DNA from: Oligoflexia bacterium
Lineage (GTDB): Bacteria > Bdellovibrionota > UBA1018
Direction of reading: 5' to 3'
Length of the DNA: 26,783 bases
Assembly: GCA_043732485.1 (NCBI GenBank)
Contig: JAYTHP010000186.1
Span: forward strand, 1-26,783
Position numbers and translations under genes: made by a program. The notes below the pieces were generated by a model. The model was not told where the DNA came from and made no database searches. It saw only the letters and a program-made list of their open reading frames with translations. Each line of letters begins with the position of its first letter. Position 1 is the stretch's first letter. Positions 17,075 through 24,932 of the stretch are shown piece after piece.

Positions 17075-18040
17075 ATGACCATGACGCAAATTGCAATTTT
17101 AGCCAGTATTCAAGGCGTAACTGAGTTATTTCCGGTTTCAAGCTCCGCCCACGTGCTGTTGGCAGCCAAATACCTCGGGATTGATCCTACCGCGCCCGAA
17201 ATGACCTTACTCTTGACGCTGCTGCACACTGGAACGATGCTCGCGGTGGTGGTTTATTTTTGGGAGCGTTGGAAAGTGCTCTCTTGGGACTTTTTCAAGA
17301 AAGCTTTTTGGGCTACGGCCTTTACTGGAGTGCTAGGCCTTTGCTTGAAGAAGATCATTGAGAGTTCCGGTGATGAGCTAGAGTCGACTTTTCGCAACTG
17401 GAGCCGCATGGGCTGGGCGCTGGTGCTGGGCGGTGGTTTTATTTTTTATGCGGGCTGGAAAAAAAAGAAGGCGCTGGCTGCGGCCCCGCTTGATCTAGCC
17501 GCTTGCTTAGGTCCTAATCCGGAGCCGGTGGTTTTACAGGTCTTGAATCGCTCGTTGAATCAAGGAGTTTCATCAACCGTTCACGCTGGGGATGAGAGGG
17601 GAGACGGTGAGCAGCAGGCTGTGTCGTCGTCTCAAGGGGACCCTGTGGCGGCAGGGGTGGCGTTGTGGATGGGGCTTGCTCAGGGACTGTGTTTGCCGTT
17701 TCGGGGGTTGTCGCGTTCTGGGGTTACGATTTCTGTAGGATTGCTGCGGGGGTTGACTCCTGAAGCGGCTGAAGATTTTAGTTTTATTTTAGCGGTTTTT
17801 CTCACTCCCGCGGTGCTTGCTCATTCTGGCTTGCGCTGGCTGAAGTGGGTTCAGGTGCAGGGACTGGTGACCCCGTTTTCGGAGCAGCTGGCTCCAGCTT
17901 TTTTGGGGTTAATTTTAAGCTTTTGCACAGGCTATTTGAGTTTACGGCTGCTTTCGCGGTTTTTGAATCAGGGGCGATGGCACTACTTTGGGGTTTACTG
18001 CCTGGCCCTAGGGAGCCTGCTTTTGCTGGGATTGCTCTGA
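17075..18040 (+). CDS. uppP: Undecaprenyl-diphosphate phosphatase (BacA family) with an internal hydrophilic insertion
   Basis: IQGVTELFPVSSSAH, LHTGT, GLAQGLCLPFRGLSRSGVTI and AEDFSF; multiple TM segments; AAGGAG SD. Confidence 0.93.
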   Translation: MTMTQIAILASIQGVTELFPVSSSAHVLLAAKYLGIDPTAPEMTLLLTLLHTGTMLAVVVYFWERWKVLSWDFFKKAFWATAFTGVLGLCLKKIIESSGDELESTFRNWSRMGWALVLGGGFIFYAGWKKKKALAAAPLDLAACLGPNPEPVVLQVLNRSLNQGVSSTVHAGDERGDGEQQAVSSSQGDPVAAGVALWMGLAQGLCLPFRGLSRSGVTISVGLLRGLTPEAAEDFSFILAVFLTPAVLAHSGLRWLKWVQVQGLVTPFSEQLAPAFLGLILSFCTGYLSLRLLSRFLNQGRWHYFGVYCLALGSLLLLGLL

Positions 18041-18358
18041 GCGTGTTTCAGCTCGCGTGTCACAGTTGTGTCAAAGGAAGGGCTGCAAAAGTCCCGTTAA
18101 GCCGAGACTGATCTGACGGTGGGTGCCTTAGCAGGAAAAGCTCTCCTAGGAACGTGACTTTGCTTGACAAACTGGAAAAAATGCTCATTCTTTACAGCCA
18201 CAGGGATCGAAGTGCGGTAGATGACAGTCTCTTGACGATAAAGAGACTTTTTGAGACCTTCATCTTTGCCTGCTTTTTCCTTCTGCTTTTTTTGATGATA
18301 AGAGCGGCGACTGCTGCAAAGTTTGCAAGGCGCAGTGCTAGGAGTCAGTAAAAAGCAG

Positions 18359-18387
18359 TTGACAGTCAAGAGGAAAAATGCTAGCAG
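18359..18387 (+). promoter_or_regulatory. Putative sigma70 promoter for htpX
   Basis: TTGACA, 17-nt spacer, then TAGCAG preceded by TG (weak -10). The -35 lies within the palindrome TTGACAGTCAA. Confidence 0.4.
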
Positions 18388-18602
18388 GTGGGTGAGTAAA
18401 AATCTTAGATGATCTTTACCTAGTTCAAGGGTAGGATTAAAAATGAAAGTCGCAACCGCAAGTGACTGAATAGCCAGTGACGTGACCGGCAAGCTCAGAG
18501 ATCAGGCATCCCGTGGTAGGTTTTGAAGTGATACCGCGAGGCTTTGTTGGAAAAAAGACTGTAGCTGATTTTTTGTATCTAGACCTCAATGAAGGAGATG
18601 AA

Positions 18603-19545
18603 AATGAATATTGCAGCTTTCGTGAAAAGAATTTCGCTCTTTATGGTCGTGAATATCTTGGTGGTTGCGACCATCTCTATTTTATTAAAACTTTTCGGAA
18701 TTGGCTCCAGCTATACCCCTTATGGCTTAGACTATCAAAATCTTTTAGCGTATTGTTTGATTTGGGGTATGGCGGGGTCCCTCATCTCACTTGCTTTGTC
18801 ACGCATCATGGCTAAAATGATGATGGGCGTGGCCGTGATTGGCGACGGCGTGCGGGATCCTGGGTTACAGGCGCTGAGACAAACGGTTTATAAGTTAGCC
18901 AGAGCCGCCCAATTGCCGGTGATGCCCGAGGTGGGGGTGTATCAATCCGCTGAAGTCAATGCGTTTGCGACTGGTCCCACGCGTTCGAGGGCTTTGGTGG
19001 CGGTTTCAAGCGGTTTGCTGGACCGAATGAATACTCGCGAATTAGAAGGGGTTTTGGCCCACGAAATCACCCATATTGCCAACGGCGATATGGTGACCAT
19101 GACCTTGTTACAAGGGGTGGTGAACGCTTTTGCCTTGTTTCTTTCACGCGTGATCAGTTTTGCGATTGCTCAAAGCATGCGAGGCGACCGCGATCAGGAA
19201 GGTCGAGGGCGAGGAGGTTTTGTGCACGATAATTTCCTCATTCGCTTTCTTTTAGAAATGGTCTTTACCGTCTTAGGCTCGATGGTGATTGCGGCCTTTT
19301 CTCGTTACCGTGAGTACCGAGCGGATGCAGGTGGTGCGAGACTGGCAGGACGTGAGAGCATGATTCAAGCGTTAACCTCGTTGCAGAAGATCTCGGAGTC
19401 GGCCCATGGGTCTGCCCTCAGTCCGGCTCAGGGCGATGCGGCGGTGCAGGCTTTGAAGATCTCAGGTCAATCCAGTGGTTTTCTCGCGCTTTTTGCAACC
19501 CATCCTCCCTTAGAGGTTCGTATTGCTCGCTTACGAGCTTTCTAA
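18603..19545 (+). CDS. htpX: Membrane zinc metalloprotease HtpX
   Basis: NAFATG, VAVSSGLL, VLAHEITHIANGDMVTMTL (HExxH), FSRYREYRAD and LFATHPPLEVRI. AAGGAG lies shortly upstream; the exact start (in-frame ATGs at 18589, 18598, 18604) is uncertain. Confidence 0.96.
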
Positions 19546-19605
19546 AAACACCAAAAAAAACTCCGTGGTCTCTTGGACGTCTGCAAATGGGCTAATTTTG
19601 ATAGG

Positions 19606-19641
19606 CGCTCTCACGCCCCTCTCTTCGGGGGCTTGAGAGCG
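19606..19641. repeat. REP-like hairpin related to the 8999-9032 hairpin
   Basis: CGCTCTCAcGCCCC...GGGGCtTGAGAGCG shares CTCAnGCCCC/GGGGCTTGAG arms with 9002-9029. Confidence 0.55.
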
Positions 19642-20020
19642 TGAAGCGTCTGCTGAAAGAGTAGACTGAGCCTAGCGCCGCTTAAAAGAGCGTGAGGCTC
19701 ACGGAGAACTTCACCCCACCTACGCGTGCGTGAGCAAAAAAAAATCGGGTGCGCGCCGGATCTCACCTGTCAGCAATCAAACACGGAAAAACCCTTCAGT
19801 GGGAAGGTGTCATGGGTGAAGCAATTGGCTGAGATTTTAAGCGTGAGTGACAGAGTCTCTGAGAGACTGTCGCTTACCTCCTTGGTGCTTCAACGAGAGC
19901 TTGCTTCGTGTTGAGTGGGTGATTTTGGCACACAGGGTAGGGTAAGGTCCGGTCCGGGGTAACGAGGGTAGGCGATAGGCTAGTTAACTCTTGTTTGTAA
20001 ACGAGAAACAGGGAGAAGTG

Positions 20021-20051
20021 GCTGACCTGACGCTCTAAACGTCAGGTCAGC
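20021..20051. repeat. Perfect 12-bp inverted repeat immediately before the AAA pseudogene start
   Basis: GCTGACCTGACG-ctctaaa-CGTCAGGTCAGC. Confidence 0.7.
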
Positions 20052-20058
20052 TAACGGT

Positions 20059-21272
20059 ATGAACGTTAGGCAAATCAACCAGTGTTTGGCAGTGGGCGCG
20101 GCTGGCTGATCAGGTCCTATGGCCTCAAATCAGGGAATATGAAAATCAAGCCCATCGCCTCGAGTTTGAGGTCGGCTTGGATCAGTTGCCGGAAGAACCT
20201 GGCGTCATTGTCATCCGGGGACCGAGATCATACGGTAAAAGCACCTGGATGGAGCTCGCTTTAAGAGCTTCGGCCTTAAAATTTGGTAAGGCCTCATCTT
20301 TTTATCTGAACGGTGATGACTTGAGCTCCAAAGAAGCACTCGAGCAGGAGTTACTTGCATTAGAGGCGGCGTTTCGTAAAGATGCTGTCGTTAAGCGCAT
20401 TTTTAATGATGAAATCACAGCAATTGACGTGTGGGAAAAAACGGTGAAGCGTCTTTAGGATGCAGGCCATTTGCGGGATCTCTTGCTTGTGACCACCGGG
20501 TCAGGGGCCTTTGATCTGAGACGGGGGTCGGAAAGATTGCCGGGTCGTAAGGGTAAGTCGGCCCGTACGGATTATGTGTTTTTACCGGTTGCGTATCGTC
20601 AGTTTTTTGAAAAATGGGGAGTAAAATGGGGCGAAGACGCCTGGCTGATTTACTAGATGAGTGGGGGATCGATCACCCGTGCTTTTAAATGACCTTGCGG
20701 TGGCGGAGTGTGTGAGCGAAGCGTCGATTCAGATGATTAGCTTACAGGCTTTCTTTCGCTTCGCAGGCACACGAGTCGGATTCTTGAAATTAGCCCGAGA
20801 AGAAGGGATGGCCAATCAGGGGGTTGCCTCAGGCTATTTGGAAAAGCTGGCGGACTTACTTTGTGTGTTACCAGGATGGCAGTGGGACGACGACCGCCGG
20901 ATCTTGATGGTCGATAAGCCCTGTAAGGTTCATTGTGTTAATCTCGCCGCTGCGATCGCCTTGCATCCTGGGCGTTTGGTTGAAGTGGCTCGTGGCGCAA
21001 GAAATTTGGCGGCGTACCTGTTGAATGGGTTCCCCCAGTGACGCTGAGCGGCTGGTTTTTTGGAAGTCAGCTCAGCATGAGATTGATTTTGTGACCAGCG
21101 ACGGGGCTTTCATTGACGTGAAATGGGGGAGCGCCGGACCGCGCGATTTTTCTTGGTTTGCGCGGTTTTTTTCGCAAGATCAGCGGCTGCTGGTGGTGAG
21201 TCAAAGTGAGTTTGGAACTCAACAGGTGCGCGTGGGGTCACGCCGCATCAGTTTTTGCTGCAGGGGTGGTAA
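20059..21272 (+). pseudogene. Decayed AAA_14/DUF4143-type ATPase with a C-terminal PD-(D/E)xK-like domain
   Basis: Collinear fragments: IVIRGPRSYGKST (Walker A), IFNDEI (Walker B), VTTGS...SERLPGR, YLEKLADLL, WLVAQEIWRR, FWKSAQHEIDFV...IDVKWG and GVTPHQFLLQGW*. They are interrupted by stops (20456, 20654, 21022) and frameshifts (~20100, ~20670, ~20975, ~21232). Confidence 0.88.
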
Positions 21273-21353
21273 AAGTGTTGCCTTTTTAAGAGGTGGCTCC
21301 TTGGGTGGGGCAGCTCGAGGAGGGCCTCCTCTTTTTCTGCTCACCGCACCCGA

Positions 21354-22274
21354 TCACGAGCAATGCTCGGTGGATTTTAAGTCAGCCCCTAGGGCCACTC
21401 GTTCATCAAAGACAAAGCAAGAACCCTGGTAATGTGCTGCGCCGCAGTGCTTGAAATAATTTAAAATCCCTCCCTCGAGCTGATACACCTGGGTGAAGCC
21501 TAAGTCTTGGGCGATCACGGCGGCCTTTTCACAGCGAATCCCTCCCGTACAAAACAGCACCAGCACCAGCACCTGCGGCGGAGGGGGCGTTGCGCCGCTG
21601 CTAGCAATGCTCTCTGGGGTAGGATGATGATCGCTTGGGGTGTCGATACTGCCACTGCTGCTCCTGAGAGCTGGGTCGCAAGCGGGTGGCAGGGTTTTAC
21701 TCTTTTCTTCCCCTAAAAGCAGTAGATGCTCCAGCTGCGCCTTGAAGTCGCGAAAATGGTTGAGTGGCAAAAGAGTTGCGGCCTGAAAGCTCCCAAGCTC
21801 GGTTTCGTGGCGGTTGCGGGTGTCGAGCAGTAAAAAATCGCGCTTTTGCTCTAGCCACTGTTTGAGTTCTTGCGGCTGAAGGCGCTGTTGGCTTCGGGTG
21901 TCCGTCGTCAGATCAAAGGTCGCTGGAATGATCTGCTTTTTGACCTTCACCACCATCTTTTGAAAGGGCCAGTGGGTGGCAAAGCTTTCATGGCACCTGA
22001 GAGGCGTTTGCGGTGACTGCGAAGCGCCGAGCCCCAGCTCAGAAAGCTCAGCTCTCCAGCCTACGATTTTGTCGGGTGCTCCGACTATGCTCACGTTCCA
22101 ACCCTCAGGTGCAATCAAGATCGTGCCGCGAAGCCCCCACTTTCGGGCAAGGGTTAGCAAGTGACGCTTGATGGCGGGCAAGTCACGCCCCAGGGCCTGC
22201 GCTTGCGCCGGGAAATCAAGAAATTGGTAAAAAGCGAGATGGAGGAAAGGGTAGAGGGCTTGAATTTTTTCCAC
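21354..22274 (-). CDS. trhO: Rhodanese-related tRNA uridine(34) hydroxylase TrhO/YceA-like
   Basis: AFYQF, GLRGTILIAPEG, PFQKMVVKVKKQII, LLDTRNRHETELGSF, FCTGGIRCEKA, VYQLEGGILNYF and CFVFDERVAL. GTG 22274 is preferred (ORF open from 22391). Confidence 0.85.
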   Translation of the reverse strand: MEKIQALYPFLHLAFYQFLDFPAQAQALGRDLPAIKRHLLTLARKWGLRGTILIAPEGWNVSIVGAPDKIVGWRAELSELGLGASQSPQTPLRCHESFATHWPFQKMVVKVKKQIIPATFDLTTDTRSQQRLQPQELKQWLEQKRDFLLLDTRNRHETELGSFQAATLLPLNHFRDFKAQLEHLLLLGEEKSKTLPPACDPALRSSSGSIDTPSDHHPTPESIASSGATPPPPQVLVLVLFCTGGIRCEKAAVIAQDLGFTQVYQLEGGILNYFKHCGAAHYQGSCFVFDERVALGADLKSTEHCS

Positions 22275-22391
22275 AGCAAAACGATGGCATGAAGCGGGGT
22301 GCGAAGTCAAATGGCCCGACCACCTTGCTTGGCAAGCACAGAAGAGAGAAGTAGGGGAGAGAGCGGCGGACTTGCTAACGCGCGGGGCCAA

Positions 22392-22949
22392 TCAAAAGGT
22401 TAGCCAACAATGAGGAAGCGCCAGTCTGAGGGCGCGCGCGGTAGGAACTGAGATACGGGTGCCTCTTAAGTCGAGCTGTTGCAAATTCTTCAGCCCCCGT
22501 AGGGTATCCACACTGGTATCGGTGATGCGGGTCATAGAAAGATCGAGATAGGACAGCTGCGGTAGCCAGCGTAGGCCCGCGATGTCGTCATCGCTGAGCG
22601 GCGTACCACAAAAATCGATAAAAGTGGCCTGGTCAATTTCCATGGTTGCGTCTAAGTCCACGTTGGTAATCAGAAATTCGCTTTTGAGTTGGATGCGCCG
22701 CAACAGCGTCTCTAAGCGAGTCAATTCCTCAGCCATGGCAAAGGCGTCGTCACTCAAGTGCGCTTTCTCGAGGCGTCGTTGGCTACTCGCATTGCTCGAC
22801 GTCTCTTCAAGCTCAGTCAGCTCCTCTTGGCTATTCATTGCCGAGCCTGGAGTAGGTCGGCTGAGAGCGAACAGGAGAAACAACCAGTAGGCAAGCGACC
22901 TACTGCTTTGGTACTTGTTAGTGCAAATTTTTACAGCGTCATTGTTCAT
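22392..22949 (-). CDS. Secreted leucine-rich-repeat protein
   Basis: N-terminal hydrophobic segment LAYWLFLLFAL; LRR units LPQLSYLDLSMTRIT and LKNLQQLDLRGTRIS with an ALPHC cap. Confidence 0.8.
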   Translation of the reverse strand: MNNDAVKICTNKYQSSRSLAYWLFLLFALSRPTPGSAMNSQEELTELEETSSNASSQRRLEKAHLSDDAFAMAEELTRLETLLRRIQLKSEFLITNVDLDATMEIDQATFIDFCGTPLSDDDIAGLRWLPQLSYLDLSMTRITDTSVDTLRGLKNLQQLDLRGTRISVPTARALRLALPHCWLTF

Positions 22950-22986
22950 GAGCGGGGTCTTAACAGGCTTTAGAGGCGCGTGTCAA
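22950..22986 (-). promoter_or_regulatory. Putative sigma70 promoter placing the start site at the ATG of the LRR gene
   Basis: Minus strand: TTGACA, 18-nt spacer ending TGt, TAAGAC, 7 nt, ATG; no SD. Confidence 0.5.
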
Positions 22987-23119
22987 GCGAAAATTGATGG
23001 AAACCCAGCAAGGTGAGGTGCTGCGAAACGTCGCACTTTTCAGTTGATTTTTCGTTTTTTGGATCATTTTGGGTTTCAGTACTCAGAGTGTGAGGGATGA
23101 TCAATTCGGCGCGCTCTTT

Positions 23120-23686
23120 TCAAGCAGGGTTTGTGGGGAGGCCAAAGAGAGCTATTTTTAGCAGCCCTTTCTCCTGCGAAAAGGCTAATTCCAGCAGGGT
23201 CGCCAGTCCGCGCGAGTTTTGCAAGGATTCAATGGCCTCTAAGGATCCCGGCACGCGGGTAGCTGCCGTAAGTGCCTGCAAACTAGCGCCTTCACGGTTG
23301 AGAAAGGTTTTTACGTTACTGTAGATCATGCTGGTGATTTCCCGCGCCCCGTCCAAGGCGAGTTCGTCAAGTTCGGTGAGTTTTTGCTGATAAAGCTGAT
23401 TGACGAGCGCAAGCATGAAGGGTTTTTCAAAGAAAACCACGAAAACACCTTTCCAGTGGGGCTGCTGAAATTCCATAAACCCGAGCAGGTCGTAAGAGCG
23501 CTCAGAGGGGGGGGGAGTCTGTGCGACGGGGAGCTTAAACAAATGAAGCATCATCTCCAGCGTTTGCGTCGACAGAGATCCCGTCAGCCTTTGCAAAAAG
23601 GCAGGGTCTGCAAACTTTTCATAGAAAGAAGGCGAGGCCGATGAGGGTGAAAGCGAGCTAGAGTGGGGCGGGATCGTCTGGGACAT
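23120..23686 (-). CDS. CheX/CheC-like protein (orphan)
   Basis: DLLGFMEF...KGVFVVFFEK...LALDGAREITSMIYSNVKTFLN matches the CheX fold pattern. Confidence 0.7.
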   Translation of the reverse strand: MSQTIPPHSSSLSPSSASPSFYEKFADPAFLQRLTGSLSTQTLEMMLHLFKLPVAQTPPPSERSYDLLGFMEFQQPHWKGVFVVFFEKPFMLALVNQLYQQKLTELDELALDGAREITSMIYSNVKTFLNREGASLQALTAATRVPGSLEAIESLQNSRGLATLLELAFSQEKGLLKIALFGLPTNPA

Positions 23687-24039
23687 AAGGCGGGCACTCG
23701 CTTTCTCTGGTCAAAAGTTAGGGGAAGACGTGAGAGCGTCCTGAGGTGTTCACTTAAACGCGTTCAAAAGAGGGTGCGAGGGCTTAAGACCCCCGGTTAC
23801 TTGAGGCAACACACTCTCCGTAAAAAACCTGTTTTCTCCTGGTCTTGGGGACTTTTTTCGCTTGCTCTTCCCCTTTTCAGTTTATGATAGCTCTTGCAAA
23901 AAGAGAAGCACGAAGCCAAAGCGCCGGGCCTTGGGACTAGTTGCCTTTGTGGAGAGGATCAAAGTTCATACTTAAGGTCAGCTCTAAGCGGACTTTTCGG
24001 CGCCCCTCTCAGAGCTGAAACGTTTTTTTTGCGCCCTTC

Positions 24040-24372
24040 TTAGAGGTGCTGTTGGATCATGGCTTGTAATTTGGTCTTAGGCTGGTTTCCCACCAGCTGA
24101 TCGACCAGCTCTTGGTTTTTGAAGAAGAGCACCGTTGGGATGCCACGGATCTGAAAGCGAGCGGGAACCACGGGGTTTTCATCGACGTTAAGCTTATAAG
24201 TTTTCATCTTTCCGACAAATTCATCAGCTAATTCAGCGATCACAGGACCTAATTGTTTACAAGGACCGCACCATTCCGCCCAAAAATCCACTAGAACCAG
24301 TTGCGAACCTGCAAGCACTTCAGAGTCAAAAGCAGCGTCAGAGGCAGTGAGAACATTTTTTGAGTCAGCCAT
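24040..24372 (-). CDS. trxA: Thioredoxin
   Basis: VLVDFWAEWCGPCK, KLNVDENP and IRGIPT; AAAGGA SD. Confidence 0.97.
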   Translation of the reverse strand: MADSKNVLTASDAAFDSEVLAGSQLVLVDFWAEWCGPCKQLGPVIAELADEFVGKMKTYKLNVDENPVVPARFQIRGIPTVLFFKNQELVDQLVGNQPKTKLQAMIQQHL

Positions 24373-24932
24373 GGGTCAAGAATTCCTTTCGTGTGATGAT
24401 GAGTTGAGTTCCTTGTCGGTCGATTCCTAGGACGTTTGGGTACGACTTTTGGGGCAAGGGTAGTAGCCTGGGGCTTTGTTTGCCGCAAAAGTGGGGTTCG
24501 CCTTCGTCGCTCGGGGCGTCTCAAAGAGCGTCTGCTCACTCGCAGCTTGCTTCCGCGTTAAACTGAAAACCTCGTTAAGAGGTCAAAAAGTTTAAGCTTG
24601 GCTAGTAAGTATGGAAATTACATCAGGTTTCAAAGAAAGGCAAGTCATCCCTAGTGAGATTCTTCAAGCAAATGGGAATTTTTTTTGAAAAAACAGGGCC
24701 GACCTTGGAAGTTTTGACCTCCTGCGTCAGGCGTGGCGCGGCAATTGTGCTTTCTCTTTCTCCAAGAAATGCGGTAAACAGTGAGAGGTGGACAGGAGCC
24801 GAGGGCGGTTGCGTCCCGTTTGACCCTACCGTCGCTCCAGACGTCGCTAGCTCTAAAAAGAGGCGGGGGCCAGGCGAAATTTTTTTTGGGTGAGGGGCAA
24901 TGAATGAGTACTGAGAAAGGTGACAAGAGACC

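Noticed and set aside
17461..17640. Intein or palindromic (RPE-like) element in uppP
   Set aside because: It is too short, has no C...HN intein ends, and shows no clear palindrome or similarity to the other inserts by eye.
18313..18341. CIRCE (HrcA) operator before htpX
   Set aside because: Only a partial right half (CAGTGCTAG) is present, with no matching left half at N9 spacing.
18410..18504. tRNA or 6S RNA (cloverleaf-like shape, GTTCAA)
   Set aside because: GTTCAA is in the first rather than the last arm, there is no 7-nt anticodon arm, D-loop or CCA, and no long 6S-type rod is present.
19546..20058. CRISPR array, group II intron or IS element
   Set aside because: There are no identical direct repeats with spacers, no domain V consensus, and no transposase or RT ORF.
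20177..21432. Four independent small genes
   Set aside because: They are collinear fragments of one AAA ATPase, and the tail of 21025..21432 is frameshift read-through into trhO.
23978..24030. trxA intrinsic terminator (TCAGCTCT/AGAGCTGA plus T8)
   Set aside because: The T-run is oriented for a + strand transcript whereas trxA is on the minus strand, and the loop is long; function is unclear.
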